Both the position numbers and the translations under genes were made by a program. Under the pieces are notes generated by a model, which was not told the origin of the DNA, did not search any database, and saw only the letters and a list, made by a program, of their open reading frames with translations. From Bdellovibrionota bacterium (lineage in GTDB: Bacteria > Bdellovibrionota_C > UBA2361 > CALJRW01): DNA of 64,000 nt. The DNA lies in assembly GCA_041740355.1 (NCBI GenBank), contig JBGSMD010000009.1, positions 66,864 to 130,863 of the forward strand, in the 5' to 3' direction. Position 1 is the first letter of the stretch. Each line of letters opens with the position of its first letter. Below, piece after piece: positions 51,298-63,620 of this stretch.

Positions 51298-51834
51298 TTC
51301 AAATTTAGCTAATAAATATTGATTTCTTCAAAATCAATGTTTAAACACTAAAGCCCGAGCCTAAAAAAACAATTTCCTTAACGTAAATCTTTTTTGGCCT
51401 CTCTATACTTGTAAGCTACTAAAAAACTTACTATTTTGTATAAAAAGTTGCTTAGCTTGAAGAAATATATATATTTTCTGCCACATGTACCCCTGCAATC
51501 CGGATAATATTAGAAACTACCTACTGGCGAATGCAGTCCTAAAAAGACCTACACCACAAGATGAAATTACGAAGTGTGGTAAAATTATAAGAGTAAAAAC
51601 AAGTGAAGTAGATTTTAAATTAAAACCACTTCGATATCGCCAAGTTTCATTGGAAGTGCGAATGGCACCCGCAACTGCACTATCTAGTCCGGAGATCTTA
51701 AACCGAATATTAATAGCAACGATCTTAAGCCTAGCAAAAAAGTCTGGCCTCCAAGTCGAAAGCTCTAGACCAAAATTTAAACCAAAAAAGAAAAAATAAA
51801 AAAGACGACAAAAAATAAAGAATAGTAATTTATT

Positions 51835-53172
51835 CTAGATTTTCTCTCCATGCTGACTCAAATCCAAACCTTCTAATTCTTGCTCCGGGGTAACACGCAT
51901 CGGAATAATTAAATCCGTAATTTTATACAAAGCTAGAGAACCAAAGAATGCAAAACAACTAACTCCAACTAAAGCTGCTAAATGCATCAAGAATGTTGAA
52001 GATTCACCGTAAACTAATCCCACTTTAGCAGCAAACACTCCTGTTAAAATCATCCCTACCATTCCTCCTACACCATGACAGGGAAAAACATCCAAGGTAT
52101 CATCAACTCCTGATTTAGTTGTCCAGTTAACGGCATAATTTGAAATAATACTGGCAACAACTCCAATAAAGATTGACTGACCTACTGTTACAAACCCAGC
52201 AGCAGGAGTAATAGCAACAAGCCCTACCACTGCACCAATACAAGCACCAAGTGCTGATAATTTTCGCCCGAGGATTCCATCTAAAAATAACCAAGCTAGC
52301 ATCGCCGCTGCTGAGGCTGTATTCGTAGTTAAGAATGCAGCTGCCGCTGTTTCATTAGCGCCTAAGGCAGACCCAGCATTAAATCCAAACCAACCAAACC
52401 ACAACATTCCCGTTCCTAACATCACAAAAGGAATATTAGCAGGAGTGTGAGTTTTTCCTTTGGTATGTTCTTGTCTACTACCTAAAAAAATTGCCCCAGC
52501 TAGCGCAGCAAGTCCTGCTGACATATGCACAACAGTTCCACCGGCAAAATCAAGTACCCCAAGTTTTAATAAGAATCCTTCGGGGTGCCATGTCCAATGT
52601 GCCAAAGGACAATAAATAAAAATACTAAAAAGGCACATGAACAGTAAATACGAAGAGAAGCGTACCCTCTCTGCAAAGGATCCAGTAATTAGTGCTGGTG
52701 TAATAATGGCAAACTTTAATTGAAATAGCGCAAATAGTAATAGCGGCATAGTGCTACCAATACTTGGATGACTAGACCCACCTACTCCATTAAACATAAA
52801 GAAAGTGAAAGGATTACCAATAAATCCACCTAAGGTAAGGTTCTCGCTAACGACAAATCCCGCCCCTAGAGAACTTCCAAAAGCTAAACTAAAACCAACA
52901 ACTACCCAAAGAATACTAATCACGCCCATAGCGATAAAACTCTGAAGCATGGTGGAAATAACGTTTTTTCTATTTACCATTCCCCCGTAAAAGAAGGAAA
53001 GTCCCGGTGTCATAAGCAGAACAAGCGCAGTCGCTGTCAGCATCCAGGCAACGTCACCTTTATCTACAGCTGGTCCAACAAGTTCCGGTGCTTTTGGTTG
53101 GTAGAAAGCCCCGTAAAGTGCCACTGCTATTAGCATCACAAATGCCAGAACCATTCTTTTTTTCATTCTCAT
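51835..53172 (-). CDS. amt: ammonium transporter
   Basis: 445 aa with 11 TM segments. Amt signature DFAGGTVVHMSAG. Confidence 0.95.
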   Translation of the reverse strand: MRMKKRMVLAFVMLIAVALYGAFYQPKAPELVGPAVDKGDVAWMLTATALVLLMTPGLSFFYGGMVNRKNVISTMLQSFIAMGVISILWVVVGFSLAFGSSLGAGFVVSENLTLGGFIGNPFTFFMFNGVGGSSHPSIGSTMPLLLFALFQLKFAIITPALITGSFAERVRFSSYLLFMCLFSIFIYCPLAHWTWHPEGFLLKLGVLDFAGGTVVHMSAGLAALAGAIFLGSRQEHTKGKTHTPANIPFVMLGTGMLWFGWFGFNAGSALGANETAAAAFLTTNTASAAAMLAWLFLDGILGRKLSALGACIGAVVGLVAITPAAGFVTVGQSIFIGVVASIISNYAVNWTTKSGVDDTLDVFPCHGVGGMVGMILTGVFAAKVGLVYGESSTFLMHLAALVGVSCFAFFGSLALYKITDLIIPMRVTPEQELEGLDLSQHGEKI

Positions 53173-53285
53173 ATCAAATCCTTTAGATAACCACAGTCTT
53201 AAGATATATATAGTATTATTTATGCTTATTAGTATATAAATTAATTTAATTGATCAAGAATTAAGTAAGAAGTTGGTAAGACTAA

Positions 53286-54884
53286 TTATGATAGGAAAGG
53301 TTTTTCAAAACTTAACTTGGAGAAGAAACGTCCCTTGAATTGACGTAGAGATTTTTCTGACACTTCTTTTAAGGCAGTCTCGTTGGCACCAGTAATTGCC
53401 AAATCTAATAACTCTAACTGCCTTGCAAATCCAAGATTAAAAGTTATATCTGCTTTGTTCATTTCATAAAATGATTTGCCAGCATTTTTTAACTCAACGA
53501 GTCGATCCTTAAATCCAGAAAAAGAAACTGGGCCATGAGTTAATATTTCTGCTAAGTAATCAAGTGACTCTTGAAGTTTTACAACCTGCAACACTAAGCG
53601 AATCTGCTTTAATGCCTCACTTCCTGAGTCTGTATTTTTATCCTGAGCAGCCTGTCGAAGGTTCGCAATCTGCAGATCGATTTGTTTCTTAAATGTAAGA
53701 TAGGGGCGAGCTTCAACTTGAGATAACAGTCGATCGTTTAAACCAAGCCGAGTTAAATAATTTGTAATTTCTTTATCTGTTCTTTCAGGATTTAGCTGTC
53801 GATTTCCAGTAGTAAATGCCTGCAAACCTTTAGTAAAAACTATCTGCTTATCAAAAACTCTTTCTGCTTTTGCAAAAACTTCGGAATGTGTTGCTCGGTA
53901 TTTTACTAAAGCTAAACGATCTTCAATATTAGCAGTTGTTATCTTGGTAACTGACTTTAATCGTTTTGAAAACTTATCAAGTGCCGCATGTAAACGAGCC
54001 CAAGTAGCACTAGTATTAGTTCTTTCTTTTCGATCTCGCAGATTGCCTGACTTAGCTACTTGTTCTCGACCTAATATCTTCGATAATAATAATACATTTT
54101 TCAATTGCTCAACTACTTCTCCAGCAACCTCACCTGCAAAACTTCGCACAAATGCTTTTTCATCCGAATCTAATTGCCCCCAATCACCAACTTGACCTCG
54201 AAGCTCCACTACGTTTTTGGCTAAGCGTGTTAATTTATCTACTTCTTTAATATGATGTTGTTCTTCATGTAGCGTCTTACGATAAGCAGAAGATAAACTT
54301 GTAAAGCACATTGCTAATTTATGATCAGAATCAATTTCCTTACGAAAATAGATGATGCTCCCCATTAACTCCGGCTTTCTTGCAACTAAAGAATTTAGGA
54401 TTGGTGATTCTTGGGTAATAATTTGAATGCGATTATTTGTTGCTGGCACTGGAGTAAGACTATTAAATACAGCCTTTAGTTCGGATACAACTTGAGCAGT
54501 AATATCGACTTTCTTAACGGGATTATCCAAAATGCCAAAATTTCTGAGCAACTCAGATGAAATTTTTGTGGGATCTAATTTAACACGTGTACTTGAAATT
54601 GAATCCAAAGTAACTTTATCATCAAGTGCCATCTGACCAGTTGACCTATCAAACTTAACTGGCAGACAATAATCAACAAGTTTTGTGCAACTTGTGAAGA
54701 GTAATTTATATTGCGAGTTAGGAATCTGGGCCCAAAGTTCTAAGAATACTTTACGAGACAATCCAATCTTTTGGGCTTCTTCAAGATTAACAAATGATGT
54801 TTCAACAACATTTTCGGGGCTTAAACTTCTTACTACTTCTGGTTTCATGTGTAATATTATGTCGGAAATCGAAGTCCTAATCAA
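53286..54884 (-). CDS. hypothetical protein (532 aa)
   Basis: Long ORF with no recognisable motif, upstream of amt on the same strand. Confidence 0.45.
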   Translation of the reverse strand: MIRTSISDIILHMKPEVVRSLSPENVVETSFVNLEEAQKIGLSRKVFLELWAQIPNSQYKLLFTSCTKLVDYCLPVKFDRSTGQMALDDKVTLDSISSTRVKLDPTKISSELLRNFGILDNPVKKVDITAQVVSELKAVFNSLTPVPATNNRIQIITQESPILNSLVARKPELMGSIIYFRKEIDSDHKLAMCFTSLSSAYRKTLHEEQHHIKEVDKLTRLAKNVVELRGQVGDWGQLDSDEKAFVRSFAGEVAGEVVEQLKNVLLLSKILGREQVAKSGNLRDRKERTNTSATWARLHAALDKFSKRLKSVTKITTANIEDRLALVKYRATHSEVFAKAERVFDKQIVFTKGLQAFTTGNRQLNPERTDKEITNYLTRLGLNDRLLSQVEARPYLTFKKQIDLQIANLRQAAQDKNTDSGSEALKQIRLVLQVVKLQESLDYLAEILTHGPVSFSGFKDRLVELKNAGKSFYEMNKADITFNLGFARQLELLDLAITGANETALKEVSEKSLRQFKGRFFSKLSFEKPFLS

Positions 54885-54922
54885 ACTTACTTCAATCTTA
54901 TATTAAATGTAGCTATGTCTTT

Positions 54923-55966
54923 TTAGTGTAGTTTAAGGTCTTTAGCTCTTAACTTGATTTTTTCAAACCAGAAAGCATTTGTAAGAAATTGATAATAATC
55001 TAAATAACTAAATTGTTCAGAAAATTCCTTTTTCCACTTAGCTAAATTATTAGGAGTAATCTCTTGATAATCATCAAGAATCTTAACCGGCAATCCTTGA
55101 TAAAGCGGATCAAGCACAGACTTTTCCACAATAACATAAGACCCTAGAACTAAAGCTTCCCATGTTCGGTGACAATCAAGTCCTGATCCATGAGGAGAAA
55201 TAATAAAATCATACTTGGCCATTTCCTTCCAAAGAATGTCCCTACTCAAACGTTTCGCTTGAAATTTTACGGCAGGATTTCCTTGTAATTGCTGAATAAT
55301 CTCATTACGATCTTTTTTTATTTTATGATCGCGCTTTTTAAGTAGTCGAGTGGAATTATTAAATTGAAAATCAGCATAAGCTAAGTTCTGTTTATTTTTT
55401 GGTGCTGCATCCCTTGTTGCTAAAAGCAGTAACTCTTGTTCTTTAGGACTAGCAATCTGCTTAAAGCGCCATGAGGTCTGCTCATATTGCGAATGAAAAT
55501 CAATACCCAAAGGCAATGGTGTGACTTTAATAATATTAGAATTTTCCTGATCGCAGTTTTGGGCAAACCAATGAACTAATAACTCTTTATCTAAAATCTT
55601 TTGAATTTCATCAGACTCAATTTCTTTTGGAAGACTAATTGTAGAATCTCCTGTTACTAAGACAAATGGCTCTTTAATACACGGGAAAACTTCATAAAAA
55701 AAAGATTTGATAAACTTACCCTTAACCCAGACAATCTCCCCTGCCTTAATATTTTGATAAGCACTGGCATTAAACTCCTGGCTAAAATCATAGCGATCGC
55801 AAAGCATTGCTAATCCTTTATTCCAAAGAATTTCAGTATTATTTGGATAAGTTCTAGGTGAGAGTCGTTTCTTTTTTAATAAATATTTTAAAAAAGATAG
55901 CATAATAATGTGATTAGTTAATGAACAATAAATAATTATTAATAGTTTAAATTGCTTTGCAACCAC
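54923..55966 (-). CDS. hypothetical protein, possibly glycosyltransferase-like
   Basis: The C-terminal segment [25 protein letters not shown] resembles nucleotide-sugar transferase C-terminal motifs; this is weak. The N-terminus overlaps the metH 3' end, and an internal Met22 start (55903) avoids the overlap. Confidence 0.4.
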   Translation of the reverse strand: MVAKQFKLLIIIYCSLTNHIIMLSFLKYLLKKKRLSPRTYPNNTEILWNKGLAMLCDRYDFSQEFNASAYQNIKAGEIVWVKGKFIKSFFYEVFPCIKEPFVLVTGDSTISLPKEIESDEIQKILDKELLVHWFAQNCDQENSNIIKVTPLPLGIDFHSQYEQTSWRFKQIASPKEQELLLLATRDAAPKNKQNLAYADFQFNNSTRLLKKRDHKIKKDRNEIIQQLQGNPAVKFQAKRLSRDILWKEMAKYDFIISPHGSGLDCHRTWEALVLGSYVIVEKSVLDPLYQGLPVKILDDYQEITPNNLAKWKKEFSEQFSYLDYYQFLTNAFWFEKIKLRAKDLKLH

Positions 55967-58900
55967 TTCTCCATTTCCATCAAGGTCTTACCTTTTCGCT
56001 TAGCTAAGTCAGCAACTTGATCCTTGGAGATCTGACCCAGACCAAAATACTTAGCTTGTGGGTTCATAAAATACAATCCCGAAACAGAAGAAGCAGGCAT
56101 CATGGCAAAGTGTTCTGTCAAAGCCATGCCAGTATGCTTAGTCGCATTAATCAAGCTAAAGATAGTTTCCTTTTCTGTATGGTCAGGACACGCTGGATAA
56201 CCAGCTGCCGGACGAATCCCGACATACTCTTCTTTAATTAATTGTCTGGTAGTTAACATTTCATCTTCGGCATAGCCCCAATATTCTTTACGAACAATTG
56301 CATGTAAACATTCAGCAAAAGCTTCAGCTAAACGATCAGCAATTGCTTGCGCCATAATCACGGAGTAATCATCACTCTCCGCTTTAAATTTGGTGATTAA
56401 TAATTCTAAATCAATACCAGTGGTGACAGCAAAAGCTCCGATGTAATTTTTAACTCCAGAATTTTTTGGAGCTATGTAATCGGACAAAGCCAAGTTCGAT
56501 TGCCCTTCACCTTTCTTTAACTGTTGGCGAAGCGTGTGCATTACTGCAATCACTTCACTTCTAGTGTCGTCGGCATAGACTTCAATATCATCGTCGTTTA
56601 TGGAGTTAGCAGGAAATAATCCAATCACTCCATTTGCTTGTGGAATTCCCGTAGCTTGCATTTGTGCCAACATCGCCTTGGCATCTTTAAAGATCTCACG
56701 AGCTTGTTTGCCATAAGTCGGCGAATTTAGGATTTCAGGATAACGTCCTTTTAATTCCCAAGTACTAAAAAATGGTGACCAGTCGATGAACTCAATTAGT
56801 TGTTCCAGAGGAAAATTTTTAAAAGTATAAATTCCTAATTTGTTAGGCGTATGCGGTTTGAATTCCGACCAATCAATTTGAAATTTATTCTTACGAGCTT
56901 CTTCTAAGGTAAAATATTGCTTAATGTCATCCCGACCTTCGTAATCCGAACGCAATTTTTGATATTCCTTTTTTGTCTGAGCAACAAATTCATCGCGATT
57001 TTCAGGCATTAGTAAACTACTAAGAACAGGAACCGCTTTGGAAGCATCTTTTACGTGGATACATGGTCCAGAATAATGAGGTTCAATCTTTATTGCCGTG
57101 TGTTTCTTAGAAGTAGTAGCACCTCCAATTAACAGTGGGACTTTATAATCACTGCTCTCTAAGAGCTTGGCAAAGTAAACCATTTCATCTAGTGATGGAG
57201 TAATTAAACCACTAAGTCCAATCACATCTACTTTTAAATCTTTAGCAGCTTTTAGAATCTTTTCCGGGGGAACCATTACTCCCATGTCATGAATTTCGTA
57301 ATTGTTACAAGCAAGCACCACACCAACAATGTTTTTACCAATGTCATGTACGTCCCCTTTAACAGTTGCCATCAGAATTTTACCGTTATTCTTAGCATCA
57401 CCTTCCTGTTTTTCCGCGTCCATAAATGGAATTAAATAGGCCACCGCTTTTTTCATTACGCGCGCACTTTTCACAACTTGAGGAAGAAACATTTTTCCAG
57501 AACCGAACAAGTCTCCCACGACATTCATCCCTTCCATTAAAGGCCCTTCGATTACATCAAGGGGTCGACTAGCAAGCTTCCTAGCTTCTTCCACATCCTC
57601 GTCAATGTAATCAGCCAAGCCTTTAATTAAAGCATGGGTCAGTCGCGCATTCACATCTAAGTTACGCCAGTCAATATTAGCTTTAACATTAGTAGTATCA
57701 ATCTCTCTAAAACTTTCAGCTAAAGAAATTAGATTTTCAGTAGCATCGGCATGACGATTAAATAATACATCTTCAATCTTAAGCAGTAACTCAGCATCAA
57801 TTTCTTCGTAATTAGGAAGTTGTCCAGCATTTACAATTGCCATATCCAGTCCGGCATTAATTGCGTGGAATAGAAAGATGGAATGCATTGCTTCACGTAC
57901 GTAATTATTTCCACGAAATGAAAAAGAAATATTACTTACCCCACCACTGATTTTTGCTTTTGGCAAATGATCTTTAATCCATTTAATAGTTTCAATAAAA
58001 TCGACAGCATAATTATTATGTTCTTCCATCCCAGTTGCAACGGTTAGGATGTTTGGATCAAAGATAATATCTTCAGCGGGAAACTTAACTTCTTCTACTA
58101 AGATCTTGTAGGCTCTCTGACAAATAGCAATTTTCTTTTCTAGGCTATCAGCTTGTCCATTCTCATCAAATGCCATGACCACCACAGCAGCACCATATTG
58201 CCTAACTTTCTCGGCTTGCTCACGAAACTTTTGCTCGCCTTCTTTCATGCTAATCGAATTGACGATTGCCTTTCCCTGTACGGCTTGAAGCCCAGCTTCA
58301 ATGACTGACCAACGAGAAGAGTCAATCATAAATGGTACTCTGGAAATTTCTGGCTCAACAGCTAGTAAATTTAGAAAGTGAACCATCTCCCATTCCGAAT
58401 CAAGCAAACCTTCATCGAAGTTGATATCTAGAATCTGAGCACCATTTTCAACTTGCTCCCGTGCAACATCCACAGCAGCTTCATAATCTTTCTTTTGAAT
58501 TAATTTTTTAAATTTGGCAGAACCAGTAATATTATTACGTTCACCAATATTTACAAAATTACTTACTGTATTAATTACTAAGGGTTCTAAACCGGAAAGT
58601 TGTAAACCAGGTCTTTTAGTTGGCACAACTCGTGGACTACAGGTTTTAATGCGCTCGGCAATTAAACGAATATGTTCGGCTGTTGTTCCACAACAACCAC
58701 CAACTAAATTGATTAATCCTTTGTCGAAAAACTGTTCAAGTTCCAACATAAATTCCCGAGGAGTTTGATCGTACTCGGCCAGTTCATTTGGAAGTCCCGC
58801 GTTCGGGTGAATGCTAACATGAACTTCTGCCATCCGTGATAGCTCACTTAAGTAAGGCAATAACTGCTCAGCACCTAGAGCACAATTAAGTCCAATGCTT

Positions 58901-59622
58901 AGTAAATTACGAGCGTGTGATACGGAAATCCAGAACGCTTCCGCAGTTTGACCACTTAATGTTCGTCCGCTTAAGTCAGTAATAGTTCCGGAAATCATTA
59001 GTGGCAATTCAATCCCAGAAGTCTTACAGAATTCGCTATGTGCATAGATTGCCGCTTTAGCATTTAGTGTATCAAAGATTGTTTCAATCATTAATAAGTC
59101 CACACCGCCTTCGGCTAAGGCTTTGATTGACCAAGTATAATCATCAACTAATTGCTGGAAATTAACATTACGAAATGCCGGATTGTTCACATCAGGAGAA
59201 ATAGATGCTGTCCGATTAGTTGGACCTAAGAGTCCATAAACATAACGCGGCTGATCAGGTGTTTTTTCGGAATACTTATCAGCTAAGTCTCTGGCAATCT
59301 TTGCTCCAGCAATGTTTAGATCATAAACTAAATCTTTTTCAAATTTATAATCACTTTGTGAAATTAAATTGGAATTAAAAGTATTAGTTTGAATAAAGTC
59401 TGCCCCGGCTTCTAAATATTCCCCAAATATTTCGGAAATGACTTGGGGATGGGTAATATTTAAAAGATCATTATTGCCTTTAACCGAACAACAATGATTT
59501 TTAAATTTACTGCCAGCATATTCCTGTTCATTTAGCTGATATTTTTGGATTGCCGTTCCAGCAGGACCATCCAAGACATAAATTCTCTTGCTAAGTAGTT
59601 TTTGAAATGATTTTAAATTCAA
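55939..59622 (-). CDS. metH: cobalamin-dependent methionine synthase
   Basis: 1227 aa. Hcy-binding, pterin-binding and B12-binding ([10 protein letters not shown]) domains, plus the AdoMet activation domain. Confidence 0.95.
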   Translation of the reverse strand: MNLKSFQKLLSKRIYVLDGPAGTAIQKYQLNEQEYAGSKFKNHCCSVKGNNDLLNITHPQVISEIFGEYLEAGADFIQTNTFNSNLISQSDYKFEKDLVYDLNIAGAKIARDLADKYSEKTPDQPRYVYGLLGPTNRTASISPDVNNPAFRNVNFQQLVDDYTWSIKALAEGGVDLLMIETIFDTLNAKAAIYAHSEFCKTSGIELPLMISGTITDLSGRTLSGQTAEAFWISVSHARNLLSIGLNCALGAEQLLPYLSELSRMAEVHVSIHPNAGLPNELAEYDQTPREFMLELEQFFDKGLINLVGGCCGTTAEHIRLIAERIKTCSPRVVPTKRPGLQLSGLEPLVINTVSNFVNIGERNNITGSAKFKKLIQKKDYEAAVDVAREQVENGAQILDINFDEGLLDSEWEMVHFLNLLAVEPEISRVPFMIDSSRWSVIEAGLQAVQGKAIVNSISMKEGEQKFREQAEKVRQYGAAVVVMAFDENGQADSLEKKIAICQRAYKILVEEVKFPAEDIIFDPNILTVATGMEEHNNYAVDFIETIKWIKDHLPKAKISGGVSNISFSFRGNNYVREAMHSIFLFHAINAGLDMAIVNAGQLPNYEEIDAELLLKIEDVLFNRHADATENLISLAESFREIDTTNVKANIDWRNLDVNARLTHALIKGLADYIDEDVEEARKLASRPLDVIEGPLMEGMNVVGDLFGSGKMFLPQVVKSARVMKKAVAYLIPFMDAEKQEGDAKNNGKILMATVKGDVHDIGKNIVGVVLACNNYEIHDMGVMVPPEKILKAAKDLKVDVIGLSGLITPSLDEMVYFAKLLESSDYKVPLLIGGATTSKKHTAIKIEPHYSGPCIHVKDASKAVPVLSSLLMPENRDEFVAQTKKEYQKLRSDYEGRDDIKQYFTLEEARKNKFQIDWSEFKPHTPNKLGIYTFKNFPLEQLIEFIDWSPFFSTWELKGRYPEILNSPTYGKQAREIFKDAKAMLAQMQATGIPQANGVIGLFPANSINDDDIEVYADDTRSEVIAVMHTLRQQLKKGEGQSNLALSDYIAPKNSGVKNYIGAFAVTTGIDLELLITKFKAESDDYSVIMAQAIADRLAEAFAECLHAIVRKEYWGYAEDEMLTTRQLIKEEYVGIRPAAGYPACPDHTEKETIFSLINATKHTGMALTEHFAMMPASSVSGLYFMNPQAKYFGLGQISKDQVADLAKRKGKTLMEMEKWLQSNLNY

Positions 59623-59624
59623 AA

Positions 59625-60650
59625 TTATCCTTCAATGTAAGCACAGAGTAACTTGAGTGCACCATCTAAGTCTTTCGGGTGGACACATTCTGTTACCGTA
59701 TGGATATTACGAGTTGGTATACTAAGTGCACCAGTCTTTACTCCAGCACGAGATTTCTGAATTGACGCAGTATTTGTACCACCTCTTGGTAAAATTTCTA
59801 ATTGAAATGGGATTTTCTTTTTTGTTGCCAAGGCTTTAAACTCATCAACAAAACGACGATCACAAATTACAGATCCATCAAGAATTTTAATACAAACCCC
59901 TTGTCCTAATTTTGATACCTGTTTGTAATCCGCAACTCCGAATGGCGCATCACCGATAGTTGTATCTAAAGCAATCCCTAAATCAGGATTAATCCCATAA
60001 GCAGCAGCTTGTGCTCCACGAAGTCCAACCTCTTCTTGAACAGTGAAAGCCATGTAAACATCATACTTCGGCTTTTTAATTTTCTGAAGCATGCGAATAC
60101 CTAGCCAAACACAACAACGATTGTCTAAACATTTTCCAGATACAATATCACCAATCTGTTTGAACTCTTGTTTTAGGGTAACCATGTCGCCGACTTCCAC
60201 CATTTGTTTCACTTTTTTGCCAGGCAAACCTAAATCGATATAAAACTCACTTAACTCTGGAACCTTACGACCATCCTCTGGTGAGGAAATATGGAGTGGG
60301 ACGATTCCGGGATTTAATAAGCCATTCACCTCACCTTTTTTTGTATGAATAATAACTTCTCTAGCAAAAAGATTGCGCGTGTCGAAACCACCAACGTTAA
60401 TAATTCTTAGGAAACCACGATCATCAATATGATTAACATAAAACCCAATCTCATCCATGTGGGCATCGATCATTATTTTCTTAGGATTCTTAATTGACTT
60501 AGGCGCTTTGATTACAGCAATGTAGTTACCCATGGCATCTTCATATAGCTGGTCAACATGATCTTTTACTTCGGCTTTAATAATCTTGCGAATATTCTCT
60601 TCATTACCAGAGACCCCAGCAGCTTCGGATAGCTTTTTTAATAATTTCAT
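59625..60650 (-). CDS. M42 family aminopeptidase (FrvX/YsdC-like)
   Basis: 341 aa. N-terminus [11 protein letters not shown] and metal-binding H/D/E pattern ([18 protein letters not shown]). Confidence 0.8.
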   Translation of the reverse strand: MKLLKKLSEAAGVSGNEENIRKIIKAEVKDHVDQLYEDAMGNYIAVIKAPKSIKNPKKIMIDAHMDEIGFYVNHIDDRGFLRIINVGGFDTRNLFAREVIIHTKKGEVNGLLNPGIVPLHISSPEDGRKVPELSEFYIDLGLPGKKVKQMVEVGDMVTLKQEFKQIGDIVSGKCLDNRCCVWLGIRMLQKIKKPKYDVYMAFTVQEEVGLRGAQAAAYGINPDLGIALDTTIGDAPFGVADYKQVSKLGQGVCIKILDGSVICDRRFVDEFKALATKKKIPFQLEILPRGGTNTASIQKSRAGVKTGALSIPTRNIHTVTECVHPKDLDGALKLLCAYIEG

Positions 60651-60810
60651 AAATTTTTTATTTTTAAATTAGTCTTTTGCGCGTTCAATATTAAAAAATC
60701 TTTCGCAGCTTAAAGCTCCCGAATTTAAATTTAAGCAAATGTAATGTTACATTAATCTCTTTCTACTTACCTTATAGAACGTATTTTTACAAAGATTGCG
60801 CCTTAAAGGC

Positions 60811-61515
60811 TTATGCTTTAGCTGCAGATTGTAAACATGATAAAAGTCCTTGGTACTTGATAATTAGCTCTTCCGCCAAACTCACTGCTTCCAGATGAAT
60901 CTTACAACTGTTTATAATTTGAGGGAAGTTAGAAGCTGATTTAAACTCTTCGATTTGACGCAAGATAGTAAAGAGTTCACGCTGCTTAATAGTATCTAAG
61001 GAGTCAAGTAAGGCCTGCTCATCTTTATTAAAGATTGGCACCAAGGAGATAGGTTTATTTGGCGCAACTAAAACCTGAGGCTTAGCTAAACTCGGTATTT
61101 GATTATTGTTAAGTAAGGCATAGAGTAAAATAATTAAACCAAAGAATAGACCAAAGAGCATAAAGACTATTCCGGGAATAACCTTCTTGCCTTCATATTG
61201 CTCCACCAAGCCTTTTAAGTGATCTGTACTAAAACTTAAATCTTCTTTAAGATCTAGACCAGAGTAACTTTGATAAAAATGGCGCCAAGGTGCCTGTTCA
61301 TTTACTGGATAAAGCTTTAACTCTAAATCATGCTTATTACGGAGGGCCGGATCTATTAAATGCTCAAAAGCTTCCTTGAGCCGTTCAATTTTTTTAATCT
61401 TTCGATTATTTAAACCAAACAATAAGAAACCTCTAAGCTTTTTTTCAAAACGTTTTTTTAAATCTTGTGGGCTAGCATTCGAGGAAACCCCTAATTTCTT
61501 GTAATAGTTATCCAT
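60811..61515 (-). CDS. J-domain-like membrane protein (degenerate, no HPD)
   Basis: The N-terminal NYYKKLGVSSNASPQDLKK resembles the start of a J-domain, but the HPD tripeptide is absent. There is one central TM segment. Confidence 0.4.
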   Translation of the reverse strand: MDNYYKKLGVSSNASPQDLKKRFEKKLRGFLLFGLNNRKIKKIERLKEAFEHLIDPALRNKHDLELKLYPVNEQAPWRHFYQSYSGLDLKEDLSFSTDHLKGLVEQYEGKKVIPGIVFMLFGLFFGLIILLYALLNNNQIPSLAKPQVLVAPNKPISLVPIFNKDEQALLDSLDTIKQRELFTILRQIEEFKSASNFPQIINSCKIHLEAVSLAEELIIKYQGLLSCLQSAAKA

Positions 61516-61772
61516 TTTACAGCAAACTAAATTTCAACTAAGTTAAGGTCTGCTTTAAAGCCTAATAAAGTTGATATCTTGCCAAAGCATATTTCAACTT
61601 TATTATTTCCAGTAAACGAAAACTTAGGGCTCAAAAGCTTAAATCTTAAAGTATCTTCAAGTTTAATTGATAAAATTTAATCATGCTAGATAAATAATTC
61701 ACTAATAAATGGTCATTATTTATACAACACACTTTTGGTTTTAACTAGCAAAACACATAATTACTTTCTTTC

Positions 61773-63497
61773 ATGAAGAAAAATCTATTTTTGGCTTTTC
61801 TAATCTTCCTAGTTGCCTGCTTAGCATATATCCCATTAGCTGCGACAGGTGTCCAAGAAAGTGATGGTGCCGAGATAGCCTATCAAGCCCTCAATAGCGG
61901 CGTCTTACATCCGCCAGGATTTCCTTTGTATTCTTTAGTTTCAATCTATTTGGTCAAAATCTTCCCTAATAATCCTTATCACACATTAGCTATCTTCTCG
62001 GCCGTGTGTCAGGCACTAGCCGGAAGTTTTCTGTTTTTTACTGCCAAGATATTTTTAAAATCTAGCTGGGTATCAATTGCCATTGCCTGTTCTTGGCTTT
62101 TCTTTCCGGCAACATTTAGATCTGCCACTGACTGTGAAGTATTTGCATTAAATAACTTATTAGTAATCATCAGTTGTTTCTGCGCTCTAAAAATATTACA
62201 CCAACAATCAAAGCTAGTTTTATACTTAGGACTCTTTACCGGACTTTCATGGTCTAACCACCAAATGTCTATTTTCTTTGCTCCACTAATCTTCCTGGCC
62301 GTTTATTCCACGAAGAGTTGGACACAATCAATTAAATTCGCTTGGGGATTAATCTTAGGCCTCTCCCCGCACCTATACTTAGTTTCCAAAATCTACCTGC
62401 CCGATCCTAATTTATTTTTCCCTTTAGCAAATTTTAAAGAATTATTTAATTACCTCACTAGATCTGTCTACGGAACTTTTAATCTTAAATATGGTTTGGA
62501 ATCCGAGGACATTAGTTATTTCTGGCATTTTATTACCCTTGTGATCTACTACGCACCATTAGCCCTGATCAGCAGTTTTGTTTTAATTATTCGGTTTAAA
62601 AAATACAAACTTATTGCCATAGGATTATTATTAAGTGTTGCTGCTAACCTGTGGTTTGCTTCACAGTTAATTTTTCCCAATCAAATTCAGATTCATGGGG
62701 AACTTTTAATGCGCTTTTACCCCGGAATACTTTTAGCACTCCTACTTTCCCTCCCAATACTAGTTAAGGAGTTACTATCTCGTCGCTCAGAATATTGGAT
62801 CATGTTTTTTCTAATAATAGTTCCTGTTTGTTGGAATTTACCGATGAAGATTGGTACTGCGGATGCCCGACATGATCGCCTAGCAGAAGTGGAAATCAAA
62901 ATGATTCTGGATGAACTTCCGACAAAAGCTATTTACATTTCTAACTTGGATCGCCAAACAATGGGAATTCCCTATTATCAGCAAGTTCTCAAGAACCCCA
63001 AAGGGATTGAAGTAGTTATTCAGGAATCAATTCAAAATCCTGAATACAAAAGAATCCTCAGCAAAAGGATCTTTGATGAGAAAGATCCTCAATTTTATGA
63101 TTTTCCATCTTTCTTAGAATTAGCATTGTCTCGCGGAAAAGAAGTCTTTATTTTATCTGGCAAAATCCCAGAGCAGTTTGCGGTTCTTCCTTATAAACAC
63201 ACTTGGCAAATTGGTAATGCTAATACTATTGCTCAAGTCCCAGACTTAACAGCAAATTTACTCACAAATTGTGCCAACCTTCCAGTGAAATTCTTAAATG
63301 TTTCTGAGCATCGCCATAACTCTCAATTAATTGTTCAAGGGGCCTTCCTTTCGGGCTGGCGTTGGCTTGCAGAGCATCCTCTGCATTTTCCCGAAAAAAA
63401 ATTAGCGAAAACAATTATCAGATTATATAAGGAGAAAAAATATTCTGAAGTTCAAGATCTTTGCCAGAAGCTTCTTACTTCTGATAAATCCGCTTAA
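61773..63497 (+). CDS. DUF2723 family membrane protein (TMEM260-like, predicted GT-C glycosyltransferase)
   Basis: The N-terminal TM segment is followed by VQESDGAEIAY...HPPGFPLY, matching the DUF2723 signature (DSGEF...HPPGYPLY). ~11 TM segments and a C-terminal soluble domain. Confidence 0.65.
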   Translation: MKKNLFLAFLIFLVACLAYIPLAATGVQESDGAEIAYQALNSGVLHPPGFPLYSLVSIYLVKIFPNNPYHTLAIFSAVCQALAGSFLFFTAKIFLKSSWVSIAIACSWLFFPATFRSATDCEVFALNNLLVIISCFCALKILHQQSKLVLYLGLFTGLSWSNHQMSIFFAPLIFLAVYSTKSWTQSIKFAWGLILGLSPHLYLVSKIYLPDPNLFFPLANFKELFNYLTRSVYGTFNLKYGLESEDISYFWHFITLVIYYAPLALISSFVLIIRFKKYKLIAIGLLLSVAANLWFASQLIFPNQIQIHGELLMRFYPGILLALLLSLPILVKELLSRRSEYWIMFFLIIVPVCWNLPMKIGTADARHDRLAEVEIKMILDELPTKAIYISNLDRQTMGIPYYQQVLKNPKGIEVVIQESIQNPEYKRILSKRIFDEKDPQFYDFPSFLELALSRGKEVFILSGKIPEQFAVLPYKHTWQIGNANTIAQVPDLTANLLTNCANLPVKFLNVSEHRHNSQLIVQGAFLSGWRWLAEHPLHFPEKKLAKTIIRLYKEKKYSEVQDLCQKLLTSDKSA

Positions 63498-63543
63498 TTG
63501 ACTTCAAATTATTACTAATTTATATTACTATTCTTCAAATAAT

Positions 63544-63620
63544 GGTGGTTGTAGCTCAGTTGGTAGAGCTCTTGATTGTGATTCAAGTTGTCGCGGGTTC
63601 GAGCCCCGTCATCCACCCCA
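63544..63620 (+). tRNA. tRNA-His (anticodon GTG) with G-1 and encoded CCA
   Basis: An extra 5' G pairs with discriminator C. Anticodon loop uuGUGau. T-arm cgggTTCGAGCcccg. A 3' CCA is present. Confidence 0.9.

Noticed and set aside
51485-51799. 104-aa basic ORF between ilvC and amt
   Set aside because: It lies in a convergent-terminator region with an AT-rich, K-rich tail typical of a spurious ORF, and has no RBS or motif. Left unannotated.
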